A stretch of 50,172 bases of DNA, the filler included, from Stramenopiles sp. TOSAG23-2 (taxonomy: Eukaryota), in assembly GCA_900128395.1 (NCBI GenBank). It is 2 parts of 2 records of this genome, joined end to end, with 100 filler letters (N's around TTAATTAATTAA, not from the genome) between each part and the next. Parts side by side here need not be neighbours in the genome. Positions count along the whole stretch, not along the records: positions 1 to 25,043 come from LT649456.1; 1 more part is not named here. The stretch is one strand, 5' to 3'. Positions 1 through 10,772 of this stretch are shown piece by piece. Under the pieces are notes generated by a model. The model searched no databases and was not told the DNA's origin. It saw only the letters and a list, made by a program, of their open reading frames with translations. Position numbers and translations under genes: made by a program. Positions within the stretch are counted from its first letter, which is position 1. Every line of letters begins with the position of its first letter.

Positions 1-393
1 GTATTGGATTCAAGTTGTGGTGCTGTTAGTAGTTTTATAGGGACAACGCGAGATAATTTCAATGGAAAAGAAGTAGTTAGATTAGAATATGAAGCATATA
101 TACCCATGGCATTAGAAGAAATGAAAAAAATTGGCTTATCAGTTGTTAAAAAATGGCCTGATGTTTTTAAAATAGTATTTGCACATCGCATTGGTATTGT
201 TCCTGTATTAGAAGGTAGTATTGCAATTTATATTTCATCACCACATCGTAAATCATCATTAGATGCAGTGCAATATAGTATCGATGAATTAAAAGCACGT
301 GTACCAATATGGAAAAAAGAAGTATATCAAAATGAAAATGATAATAGTAAATGGAAACAAAATGCTGTACAGAAACGAGATACAATTAGTTGA
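1..393 (+). CDS. MOCS2B: Molybdopterin synthase catalytic subunit (MoaE family), 5'-truncated by window edge
   Basis: CGAVSSFIGTTRDNF, LEYEAY, HRIG and SSPHR..ELKARVPIWKKE motifs of MoaE; frame open from base 1. Confidence 0.95.
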   Translation, partial: VLDSSCGAVSSFIGTTRDNFNGKEVVRLEYEAYIPMALEEMKKIGLSVVKKWPDVFKIVFAHRIGIVPVLEGSIAIYISSPHRKSSLDAVQYSIDELKARVPIWKKEVYQNENDNSKWKQNAVQKRDTIS

Positions 394-701
394 GAGAGTG
401 TGCGCGAGAAAGAGATTTTACGCTTTGCGCAGAGTGGTGTGGTTGTATTATATCTTTTATATAATAAATTTTTTACAAGGTGTGATAAAACTCAAATATA
501 TTTTTTAATAATATATATATTTATGAATTAGTATAGTTGTGATATATAAAACTTTAAATAGTGTACATCATACATGTCCATCATCTCAAACTACACACGC
601 ACGTCTTTTCTCACTCTCTCCACATATTTGTTTTATACATATATGTAATATTTATAAAATCACCATTAAACTAAAAATATAAAAGTGTACCACAAATCAA
701 A

Positions 702-1298
702 CTAACAACATCCAGATTTTGGTTTTTTATTTGCTGTTTTACTTGGATCAAATACACTACCAGCATTATCCACACCAGCTTTTGGCTCTTTTGGTAATCG
801 TTTTGCAATAGCTATGAATAAATCTTGAACATTCATAGATGTTTTAGCAGATGTTCCCATATGTATTATAGCTTCATTTTCTGCATATTCCTCTGCTTCT
901 TGTTTGTCTACTTTGCGTTGATCTTCCAAATCAGATTTATTACCAGCAAGCGCAATGATGCAATCTGGTGCACCTCTTCTTTGCAGTTCTTTGACCCATG
1001 TTTTTGCACCTGCAAACGAGTCTTTACTGGTAATATCATAAACTACAATAGCTGCTGCTGCACCACGATAATACATAGGTGCTAAACTTCTGTAACGTTC
1101 TTGTCCAGCGGTATCCCATATCTCAAACTTAACTTTAGTATCGTCCAAATCAACTGTAGATGTTAAAAATGCAGCACCAATGGTTGGTTCTTGAAATTCA
1201 AAGAATTCATCACGTACAAATCTTACAACAAGACATGACTTTCCAACTGCCGTATCACCTAATAATACAAGTTTATAATGTAATGGTTGTCCCGACAT
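702..1298 (-). CDS. RAB5: Rab5-family small GTPase
   Basis: [48 protein letters not shown] and C-terminal CC prenylation motif. Confidence 0.95.
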   Translation of the reverse strand: MSGQPLHYKLVLLGDTAVGKSCLVVRFVRDEFFEFQEPTIGAAFLTSTVDLDDTKVKFEIWDTAGQERYRSLAPMYYRGAAAAIVVYDITSKDSFAGAKTWVKELQRRGAPDCIIALAGNKSDLEDQRKVDKQEAEEYAENEAIIHMGTSAKTSMNVQDLFIAIAKRLPKEPKAGVDNAGSVFDPSKTANKKPKSGCC

Positions 1299-1735
1299 GT
1301 TCTTATCTTTCCTTATTATTATGAAACTATTGTATATATATATATATATATAATTGCGTATGTATATGCTGCGTAAAAACTATGTATAACTATATATAAA
1401 TATATGTATCGTTGACCTATGTACTATTATTGATATCTATCCATCAACTAAGTATATACACAATAATGTTCTTCATCTATATAATTTCTTATTTCTTAGT
1501 TCATTCATCATGTTAATGTGTGTAAATATTGCCTCCTGGACTCCTGGATTGGCGAAAGAAGAAGGATGAAAAAATGTTGATAATGATGAAAATTAAAAAT
1601 AAGTATAAATAATGGTATTGTTGAATCAATAATTTACAGGCGTGATGCTAAGCCCCTATTAAAACTTGTGTGTTTAAGCAATTTCATGGAACGATCCTCG
1701 TATATTACATAGTAGCTAGTATCCTTGTAAAAATA

Positions 1736-1890
1736 AGACGGATGAAAACCTTCCCAAAACAGACGAGGTTCTAATAAGTACAGATTTAGTATCCAATAAA
1801 TATATAGGATAATATCAAAAATTCGGATATTCTAGATATTTTCATTCAATTAACATTGGCCATTTTTGGATTTTATGGATTTATTATTTC
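1736..1890. mobile_element. Partial copy of MITE-like family A (one TIR plus internal sequence)
   Basis: AGACGGATGAAAACC...AAATTCGGATATTCTAGATATTTTCATTCAATTAACATTGG...TTTATGGATTTATTAT aligns to the reverse complement of about 4925-5089. Confidence 0.8.
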
Positions 1891-1960
1891 CTGGAAATGC
1901 TAATGCCACGAGAATTATTTACTCGAATTGTTGCCTTATTTATTCAATATACCGTAATTC

Positions 1961-2117
1961 GTACTTGAGCTTATATCTCCTATCAAATAGACTAGCGCAT
2001 CAAATGGGTTTAGAGTAAATTTAGTAAAATTTAGGATAATTTGTACTTGAGATTATATCTCCTATCAAATAGACTAGCGCTATCAAATGGGGTAGGAGTA
2101 AATTTAGTAAAATTTAT
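1961..2117. repeat. Tandem duplication, 2 copies, 82-bp period
   Basis: GTACTTGAG..TTATATCTCCTATCAAATAGACTAGCGC..TCAAATGGG..GAGTAAATTTAGTAAAATTTA at 1961 and 2043. Confidence 0.9.
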
Positions 2118-2380
2118 GATTGAAGAAATTGATGATAAAATGAATTAAAACAACAAAATAAAATACATTTCTGTGTATATACACACAAGAAGAAGAGTAG
2201 TGTGTATAGAAATAAAAAGTATATATATACATATATAATCAAAGTTAATCGAAAAAAGGCCATATTTATACAATAGAAAATAGTATAGTTGTGCGTAAAG
2301 GAAATATATAATATACAAACGCATAATATATATATATATATATAAGAATAATCATAATCATAATAATAATAATAATAAAA

Positions 2381-3292
2381 ATGACGTATATAAAGAACCA
2401 CTTTGTTACACTTATTTTTACTATGGTATTTGCATTAATATTATTACCAAAGACAATCTTATCGTGTGCGCCAGATGGTGTCGATACAATATCAAAAGTT
2501 GGTGATAAAACATATGTATGCCTTGTTATCAATAGCAAACGTGTATCCTTATTCATGCCAAAAGCTGATCAATACACAAGATTAAATATGAAAGATTCAT
2601 TTACTAGTAATAGTACTTTTGGTACAGAAACTTTACAAAGTCCAAGTACAGGGGAATGTACGGTTTCAACACGTTTTAATTCCAACGAACCAAAAGCATG
2701 TAAATATACTATGATACATGTGGAAAGTATGGGCAAACGTTCATTAGCAAAAGCATACAAAGTGTTTAACCATGATAGTACTACACCTAAATGGTCATTT
2801 CCGATCTTAACTATTGTTATTAGTGTTAAACAAGGTAAAGTACAAGCCCTTACGTGGGATGATGGTTGTCATTTTTGTCAAGATGCTACAGATGAATGTG
2901 CATCAAACATATTTACATTGCCAACAAATCGATTTAATGAGACAATGAAAGTATCAGACAATGTCATTGGAAAGTTGATGCTTGATGGATTAGGTAAAAA
3001 TTGCAGAGTAAATGCAAATCCAGGGATGGATATTATACAAAAAGCAAAAGATTGTACTGGCCCTAGTTGTTCACAATATAATAAATATTGTGTTGATGGA
3101 AATTGCGATTTAAAATTATTTGTTGTATGGACTGGTACAGATGCGGAAGGAAATTATTTTAAAAGTGCATCATTACGTTTTTCACGTTTTGCTAAATATT
3201 CCATCAATGATTTATATTCATCAGCGAAAAAAAATACATTAAATACAGCAGAGGAAGTATCAAATACGGCAGATGACGCAACCAGGTTGTAA
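2381..3292 (+). CDS. Secreted Cys-rich protein of unknown function
   Basis: 303-aa ORF with N-terminal signal-like hydrophobic stretch, many Cys, and motifs WDDGCHFC and CDLKLFVVWTGTD. Confidence 0.8.
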   Translation: MTYIKNHFVTLIFTMVFALILLPKTILSCAPDGVDTISKVGDKTYVCLVINSKRVSLFMPKADQYTRLNMKDSFTSNSTFGTETLQSPSTGECTVSTRFNSNEPKACKYTMIHVESMGKRSLAKAYKVFNHDSTTPKWSFPILTIVISVKQGKVQALTWDDGCHFCQDATDECASNIFTLPTNRFNETMKVSDNVIGKLMLDGLGKNCRVNANPGMDIIQKAKDCTGPSCSQYNKYCVDGNCDLKLFVVWTGTDAEGNYFKSASLRFSRFAKYSINDLYSSAKKNTLNTAEEVSNTADDATRL

Positions 3293-3487
3293 ATTTTATT
3301 CGTACAAGAGGACATTTAGGATCGTATATATATATTAAATGTAGATAAAATAGAACAACGCCGATTTTGGATCGCCTCCGCTGTGGTGGTAATAAATTTT
3401 TTTTTATAAAAAAAATAATTACGAGTATATCTCTTAGTAATACAAAAATATATTTTATTACTCAATAAAAAAAACACAACTCATTAA

Positions 3488-4579
3488 TTACAAACGTTTC
3501 CCACGACGAGTATCAACACGTTTATCAGGTTTACCAGGCTTGTGTACATTATCTGGATGATGCTCATGATGCGCCGGTCTGTGCCATACCGTGTCTGGAT
3601 TTCCAGTAGGCAATACATGCCCTTTTGGCTGACCTCGTCGATGGTGGTATGCCCGGCTTCCAGGTTCCCAAGTTTTTGGTTTTCTACCTGCTTTTCCATC
3701 TCGTATATAATGATTGTAATGTACCATTTGCATCTCATGATGTAAATCACTTAATATTTCATCGTCCTTTGCCATTTCTTCATATACATCATATGGCCAT
3801 TGCCCAGCTTTATTTGTCTTTTCCAAATCACCATTATGTTGTGCAAAATAACGTACAATATGTACCCAACCACCTGCATGGGCATAATGCACAGGTGTGT
3901 TGCCATCGTCATCCGCTGCGTTTACATCAGCATGTTCATAATTCATCAATTTACGACATAAATTATAATTGCCATTTGCAGCTGCTGCACGTAATTTTGC
4001 ATCTACAACAGCACCACCAAACCGTTTATATTTTCCTTTTGACTTGCCACGCCTCATTCTTGATTTCCAACGATATCTTGCACCATTTGCATTATTAAAT
4101 ATAATATCATATGGTTTACCATGCTCATCTTTCCATTGATGTTTTGGTGGCGTTTTTCCGTCTTCAAATTCAATATATGACATTTCATGCTCTGTTATAT
4201 ATCGTGACTTAGGCGTAGACCATACCATAAATGTTCCATTTTCCAAATGAAAACGTTGAATATATCCTTTCTTTTCCACAGGGGAATAAATTTTAGCTGT
4301 TGGATCAAAATGATCAAAACGTTCTGAATCGGTATAATTATGATAAAATACTTTCGTCATAACCATTGAACGATTGTCTTTACCAACATGTGTCCCTTCT
4401 TCCGGTTTTAATTCTATTCCTAAATCATTGGAATATTTATTTCCATGTTCATCTTTTTGTATCCTATGATCTAAATTATGAGGATTGGATGGATTTACAT
4501 TATGATCACGAAATGCATTGATTTGATTTGGATATTGGAATAATAATAATAATAATGTCGATAAGAAAATAATATACAT
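3488..4579 (-). CDS. Signal-peptide-bearing ankyrin-repeat protein with His/Arg-rich tail
   Basis: MYIIFLSTLLLLLFQ signal; LRAAAANGNYNLCRKL..ADVNAADDDGNTPVHYAHAGG ankyrin repeats. Confidence 0.85.
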   Translation of the reverse strand: MYIIFLSTLLLLLFQYPNQINAFRDHNVNPSNPHNLDHRIQKDEHGNKYSNDLGIELKPEEGTHVGKDNRSMVMTKVFYHNYTDSERFDHFDPTAKIYSPVEKKGYIQRFHLENGTFMVWSTPKSRYITEHEMSYIEFEDGKTPPKHQWKDEHGKPYDIIFNNANGARYRWKSRMRRGKSKGKYKRFGGAVVDAKLRAAAANGNYNLCRKLMNYEHADVNAADDDGNTPVHYAHAGGWVHIVRYFAQHNGDLEKTNKAGQWPYDVYEEMAKDDEILSDLHHEMQMVHYNHYIRDGKAGRKPKTWEPGSRAYHHRRGQPKGHVLPTGNPDTVWHRPAHHEHHPDNVHKPGKPDKRVDTRRGKRL

Positions 4580-4685
4580 ATTATATATATACCTATCTCA
4601 AGTATTTTTTATATATTAAAATATATATTTACAAAAGTATAGAAATAAAACAAATCAAAGAAAGAAGGAATATAAACAGCAACAA

Positions 4686-4718
<33 letters not shown>

Positions 4719-4843
4719 CAAAACGGTTCCACACACAAAACTATGAGATGAAATAGTTTTAAATAAATATTTGTTTCCAAATGAATTTCTGAATGAATAA
4801 ATGTGTACATTTGGACATATGGACTACATACGATGCCTTGATT

Positions 4844-5085
4844 GGATGAAACTCTCCCCAAAACAGACGGGTTCTAATTAGTACAAATTTAGTATACTAT
4901 AAATATATATTTGATAGGTAGATCTTGGAAGATAATAAATCCATAAAATTCAAAAATGACCAATGTTAATTGGATGAAAATATCTAGAATATCCGATTTT
5001 TTATATTATGCTATATAAATATATATTTATAGTATACTAAATCTGTACTAATTTGACCCCGCCTGTTTTTGGGAGAGTTTCATCC
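4844..5085. mobile_element. MITE-like element, family A (about 242 bp, about 70-bp imperfect TIRs)
   Basis: Left GGATGAAACTCTCCCCAAAACAGACGGGTTCTAATTAGTACAAATTTAGTATACTATAAATATATATTT matches reverse complement of right end ..AAATATATATTTATAGTATACTAAATCTGTACTAATTTGACCCCGCCTGTTTTTGGGAGAGTTTCATCC; non-coding; second copy at 1736. Confidence 0.8.
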
Positions 5086-5192
5086 GTCTGTCGCTAATAT
5101 TTTACAGTACTTTACTTCAACAACATACAAAAACTATATTATATCCATACTACTTCTAGTATATACTGTATATCTTTCTCTTGCTACTATGT

Positions 5193-5211
5193 CACATACG
5201 TATCCTGATAC

Positions 5212-5218
<7 letters not shown>
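5193..5218. repeat. Perfect 12-bp inverted repeat with 2-nt spacer
   Basis: CACATACGTATC-CT-GATACGTATGTG. Confidence 0.9.
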
Positions 5219-5244
<26 letters not shown>

Positions 5245-5321
5245 CATATGTATATAGTTAACATTCATGAAATGAAACACAATCATATATAATTTTCCCT
5301 TCACACTTCTAAAAAAATACA

Positions 5322-6821
5322 ATGGAAATAAAATATCACAACATGTTTAAACAAATTTTCTTCTTGTCATTAATAATAATATCCATTTCCAGATTATCTA
5401 ATGCAAAAACTAATAATACTGTAAAAGCACGAAAACAACGAGCAGCACCACTTTTAGGATGGTCAACGTGGTGTACAGATGCACATTGTAGTGATTTAAG
5501 TGCTATGCCAGTGGATTGGTGTTCTTCAAAAGAAATTCTTTCTGTCGCGAATGATATAGCCACAAATGGTTTACTTGAGGCTGGCTGGAATCATATTTTA
5601 TTGGATGATTGTTGGGGTATAAGAGACAATACTACAAATAAAATTACATGGGTGAAATCACGCTTTCCTGAAGGAATGCCATGGTTAATTGAACAAATTC
5701 ATCAACTTGGCTTAAAATTTGGATTGTATACGGCAGTGGGACAACATGCATGTCATTGGAATTCACCATCCTGGCCTCATTCATTTCCATTTACCGGATC
5801 ATGGCCTTATTACAATCAAGATGCAGAGCAATTTATTGATTGGAAAGTTGATTATGTAAAATTAGATGATTGTGGACCATGGCCTCATTCACCACATGAA
5901 TTAGTCCAAAACTTTTCAACTAGTCTTCGTATCGCTGCAAAAAAAATGAATCATGACATATGGTTAAATTTAGGAGGCCCATTTCAACAAAAGTCAAATA
6001 CAATAGATATACAAAGTAATATTAAAGAAAGAAAATCCAAAAATGATTTTTTGTATGAACCAGAAGCAAACATGAGTTGTCGTGAAGTTTCAGGATCATG
6101 GTGTGGTAAATATTCAAATTCATTTAGAGTATGGGATGATCACCACGATTCATGGCAAAGCACTGCAAATATCATTGAAATGGCATTGGCCCGTGAACGT
6201 AGAACATGGTATGGTGGTGGTGATTCGTTTGTTGACCCTGATTTTATATTTACTGGAGGTCAAGGCTGTAGTAACAAAGCTCCCCATATTCCTGGAAAAC
6301 GTTGTCCTGGTCAAACAAATGTAGAATATCAAACTGAATTTTCAATATGGGCTATAGCTGGTGGCCAATTAGTCATTGCAAGTGATCCTAGAAATATGAG
6401 CGATATACAGCGAGATGCTTGGTTTAATGAAGAGATTTTGGATGTCTTTTTTGATGTATCAAGTTTTAATATGATTAAAGTTATTCGTCCAGTAAATGAT
6501 AGTATAGCATGGCTACGACCACTTTCAGATGCTTATAACAAGAAAAAAAAAACAAGGAAGAAGAAGACAACGATGTTGACGACAACGACAACAACAACAA
6601 CGAAGTCTTGTGCTGCAATTGTAATATATAATAGCCGCGATTCAACAATTGATACTATACCAATTGATTTTATCAACATCCCAAATCGAATTTGGAATGA
6701 GGAAACATCCTTGAATGTCAGAGATTTATGGAAGCATAAAAATTTAGGAGTACACCGTGGTCATTATAATGCTATTAATTTGGCTTCTCATGGTTCAATG
6801 GCTTTGCTTTTATGTGTGTAG
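5322..6821 (+). CDS. GH27 alpha-galactosidase / alpha-N-acetylgalactosaminidase, secreted or lysosomal
   Basis: Signal peptide, PLLGWSTW, LDDCW, GLKFGLY, WKVDYVKLDDC, FVDPDFI, C-terminal beta domain VRDLW..LASHGS. Confidence 0.95.
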   Translation: MEIKYHNMFKQIFFLSLIIISISRLSNAKTNNTVKARKQRAAPLLGWSTWCTDAHCSDLSAMPVDWCSSKEILSVANDIATNGLLEAGWNHILLDDCWGIRDNTTNKITWVKSRFPEGMPWLIEQIHQLGLKFGLYTAVGQHACHWNSPSWPHSFPFTGSWPYYNQDAEQFIDWKVDYVKLDDCGPWPHSPHELVQNFSTSLRIAAKKMNHDIWLNLGGPFQQKSNTIDIQSNIKERKSKNDFLYEPEANMSCREVSGSWCGKYSNSFRVWDDHHDSWQSTANIIEMALARERRTWYGGGDSFVDPDFIFTGGQGCSNKAPHIPGKRCPGQTNVEYQTEFSIWAIAGGQLVIASDPRNMSDIQRDAWFNEEILDVFFDVSSFNMIKVIRPVNDSIAWLRPLSDAYNKKKKTRKKKTTMLTTTTTTTTKSCAAIVIYNSRDSTIDTIPIDFINIPNRIWNEETSLNVRDLWKHKNLGVHRGHYNAINLASHGSMALLLCV

Positions 6822-7075
6822 TAAAAGAGAGCGAGAGGTGATAGATTGAAAAACAAGATTTTATTTATCATATTTTTTATAAATTTTAAAATAAAATATT
6901 ATAATATGCGGTCCAGAATATTGAAGAAAAAAAAGACTTTTTTTACATTTTTTAATAAATTACACATATCATATATCATAGTTTATATTATATATATCAT
7001 ACTCCGTACCGCAAATTACTTTTTTTTTAAAACACGAAATATCTGGTATAGAGTATTAGAGGGAGGTTTTTTATT

Positions 7076-7639
7076 TTATTGCATTTGCACGTAGGAACTG
7101 TCACCAGTTTCTACACGTTGCGCCACTGCATCTGGGGCGAACTTTATGTAGGATTGTCCAGGTTGTCTTGCAGTAATAGACAATGTACGTCCTCTGCCAT
7201 TTCTACCACCACAACAGCAGTAGTAAAAACACCATAAAAGCGCACAACAGCCACAAAAACAACCTACCCATAGTAACCACATTAATCCAGCAAAAAGCTT
7301 GACAAAGTTTCCAAATATCTTTTCGCACTCTTCGACTGGTGCACATTTACCATTAATCATGCAGGTACATGCGTTTGTGCCATTTTGGATGTTTCCTGAT
7401 GGAAAATCATTATTAGCTGGCTTTTTGCAGATAAAGCCATTATTTCCAGCGCCACATTTAGGACCAGAGGCATACTTTTGGCCTTGGAAACATACATTTG
7501 CAGTACGTGAGCATTCATATTGACCATTAACAACACAACATACGCCCATACAACAGTCTGGATCATTGCCCCCGGCTTGTGCATTTGCAAAACATAAAAG
7601 AATTGCAAAAGTGGATATAATTGCAACTATATTTTTCAT
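7076..7639 (-). CDS. Type I membrane protein with Cys-rich ectodomain and Cys-rich TM/juxtamembrane region
   Basis: Signal peptide MKNIVAIISTFAILLCFANA, Cys-rich ectodomain, TM LFAGLMWLLWVGCFCGCCALLWCFYYCCC, tail YVQM. Confidence 0.8.
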   Translation of the reverse strand: MKNIVAIISTFAILLCFANAQAGGNDPDCCMGVCCVVNGQYECSRTANVCFQGQKYASGPKCGAGNNGFICKKPANNDFPSGNIQNGTNACTCMINGKCAPVEECEKIFGNFVKLFAGLMWLLWVGCFCGCCALLWCFYYCCCGGRNGRGRTLSITARQPGQSYIKFAPDAVAQRVETGDSSYVQMQ

Positions 7640-8310
7640 AATTTTATTGTTATGACTTCTTGTTTTGATTTTCTTTTGTTCTTTTTCGCTGTTTACAAAG
7701 TAAAACTTTGATTGGTTTATTGAAATTAGTTGTTATTGTGTATTATTCTTATTCTTATTCTAGATGATTTATTTGTTTTGAACTTTTTCGTATATGTATT
7801 AATATCTTTTTCGTATAATTAATATTCAACATCCAACTGGCAGGCCAAAAAAAGGGAGTCCGCAACAATGATATTTCAATGCTATTAAACTTAATGAATC
7901 CTCGGTTTCAGCTAAATAAAACACGTTGTGGTATTTCTTCCAACAACAGGCCACACAGTGGTAAACTGGTAAACTATTAATACGCACTCCAAGCACTGAA
8001 AAGATAATAAAGCTAATAACCTATAATAATAACATGATTTTTTATAATAAATACAAGTATTCCTAGCCCGGCTAGGGAAATTAGAATACGAAGATTTGAG
8101 GTTGTTTTTTTTTGGCTGGAAAAACAACTAATTTTTGGTGCTTTCCAGCTTTCCTCCAGGCTTTGTTTTGCTCCTCCTTTCTTTGGCAGTTAAAAAATTT
8201 GAAAACTTTTACAACATGATACATACTATAAAAATAAATCATACCCGAAAGGAAAAACAAACCACAAAACAAGCGAAACAAAATAAATAAAGAAAATAAT
8301 ATATGGAAAC

Positions 8311-10513
8311 ATGGCGAATAAACAAAATGATGATTACTATACTGAGGAAGAAGATGAAAGGTATGACGGTGCTGAATCTAAATATAATGATGAGAAAGAA
8401 AATGCTTCTAATTATAACGATGAAGAAAACCAAATAAGAACACCAAGAAAACAACTCGAGGTAAATAAAGATACTATGGATGCAATGGATTTAGATGGTG
8501 ATGGCAAAGTCTCAAATGAAGAAATGAACATGAAAGTAACGATTGAAAAAGCATGGCAGAAATTTGATGAGGATGGAAATGGATATATTGAAGAACATGA
8601 GCTAGAAGATATATTAGATCAAATTGATGATACGTTTTTAAATGAAAATAATTTGGACGATGTTTTGGAAGAGTTAGATAGTGATAACCATGATGGTAAA
8701 ATTGATAAACATGAATTTACAAAGTGGATTATGAAACAAGCAAACAGTAAGTAATATTGGAAGACGCCTATACACACACACACATATATATATATATATG
8801 AAACTACCCCCGAAAGACAAAAACAAATATCTAACTTCAAATACATATACATATTTTACAGCAGGTGAAGATGGTGAACAAAGTGAACTATCAAAACGTT
8901 TAACTGCCATGGCGAAAAAAGTAACACAAAGCAGTAAAACAGATATTCATAAAGCATGTTGGGAAAATGACATTGTAATTGTGTCATATTTCTTAGATAT
9001 TGATGCTGCGCGTCCAAAGGAAATGGGGGAAACAAAGCTTGTCAACATGCCTGATAAGACTGGTAATGAGGAAGGTCAAAATCCTGAGTTATTTGAAGGT
9101 GATGATAATACACCATTACATTACGCTGCTTACCAAGGACATTTAGAATTATGCAAATTATTATGCGATCGTGGAGCAAATGTCAATGCAACGAATGGTG
9201 ATGGATGTACACCATTGTTTTTAGCAAGTCAACAAAATCGTATTGACGTTGTACGATATTTATTGGAACCTCGCTTAAGTTGCCAATTAAGTATATGCGA
9301 TAAAGAGTATGGTCTATCCGCGTTTGATGTTGCAGCGAGTGAGGAGGTAACTTTGATATTTAAATCAACGCGTCATTTAGAAAAACCTGGACCAATTGCA
9401 AAACCAGTTATTAAACCATGCACCTCCGACCAAAAATCACAAAGCGATGTGATTGTTTCCTTTCAACCATATACTGAAAGTGATTCGTATAAGAAAGTGA
9501 ATGCTAGCAATAGTAAAGGGATGGATTTACCAATACGTGGTTACGTGGTTGAAGTAGCAGAGAAAACGACACACCCTCAATGGGATTATCGTCAGACAAA
9601 AGTAGCAGATTCGACAACAGATCAATTGTTTGATGATTTTGATGAAAATAAGGATGGTGGTGTATCACGAGACGAGTTAAAAGGGTTTTTATTGCATATT
9701 GATAAAAAATTCTTTGATCATTACAAACCAGAGATTGATGAAGATGACGACGATGAAGAAGCGAATATGGGAGGAGATGATGAAAGAAAAATGTTAGATC
9801 AATTGTTCGCCCAATTAGATGCAGATGGCAGTGGTATTATAGATAAGCGTGAATTTATTGATTTTTTAAGAGGTGAAGATGCTTGTAGAATTAGTTCTGC
9901 AAAGAAATTGAAACAAAAAATGGAAGAATTAGAGCATAAATTGGTAAAGCCAGCAGGTTCTGATTTATCGGTACGTTTTACTGGCTTGGAGGAAGGTAAA
10001 AAATATATAGCACGTGTAGCTGTTGTCAATGGAATTGGTATTGGTGAATGGAGTGGAATTTCACGCAGAGCTTACACATGGTCACGACCACAACGAATTG
10101 AAAATGTAAAGTGTATTACAAGAGGCGCAACGAGAATTACATTGTCCTATGATAAATTGTTCAAAACAAATTCTAACGGACCTGTTGATCCTGAAAATGC
10201 CAAAGCTAAAGAGAAAGAGCAGTGTCGGTTGGCGGAACAAGTCAGAGAAATTTTAGTTGTAGGACAGATTGACGGCACAGGGAAAGATACCCTATTTGCT
10301 TCCTCGATGGATCCATATAACGAAGATTGTAAAATAGTTGTGAAAAAGTTAAAAGAATGTTGTACTTATAGTTTTAAAATGATTGCTAGAAATAAATGTG
10401 GTACAAGTGCCAAAAGCAATGCAGTAAAGGTTACTACTAGACAAATAGGTGAGAAAGAGGAAAAAGAAACAGATTTAGATTTGAGAAATCATCGAATATA
10501 TGATGAAAGTTGA
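8311..10513 (+). CDS. EF-hand / ankyrin / fibronectin type III protein; two exons (8311-8746, 8862-10513)
   Basis: EF loops DLDGDGKVS, DEDGNGYIE, DENKDGGVS, DADGSGIID; ankyrin TPLHYAA and TPLFLAS; FN3 motifs; GTAAGT donor at 8747, CTAAC at 8831 and CAG ending 8861 join the two ORFs in frame. Confidence 0.85.
8747..8861 (+). other. Spliceosomal intron (115 nt, phase 1; alternative NAGNAG acceptor at 8864)
   Basis: GTAAGT...CTAAC...TTTTACAG/CAG, contains (CA)n(TA)n; both acceptors keep frame. Confidence 0.8.
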
Positions 10514-10772
10514 GAAGAGGAAAAAAAGTTAGATCAACAACACATTTATATTTATGTGTGTGTATGTAATTATTAAATGTCATACGGTTCATATCACAGA
10601 TGAAGAGAGGGGCAGTATAATGAAAAAGGAAGTATAATCCCTTAGGCATATTTAGGAGAGATGAAGATTTAGAATATAATTCCTTTTTTTCGTGTTTTAA
10701 TTTTTATACACAAATAATAAAAAAATAAAAATGTTATATATATATATTATGTATAAATCATGTACTTCATTT

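Noticed and set aside
1961-2117. CRISPR-like repeat
   Set aside because: Only two adjacent 82-bp units, no unique spacers, no cas genes, eukaryotic context
2381-4579. C-terminal TRL and KRL as further PTS1 signals
   Set aside because: Non-canonical tripeptides, and both proteins have N-terminal signal peptides
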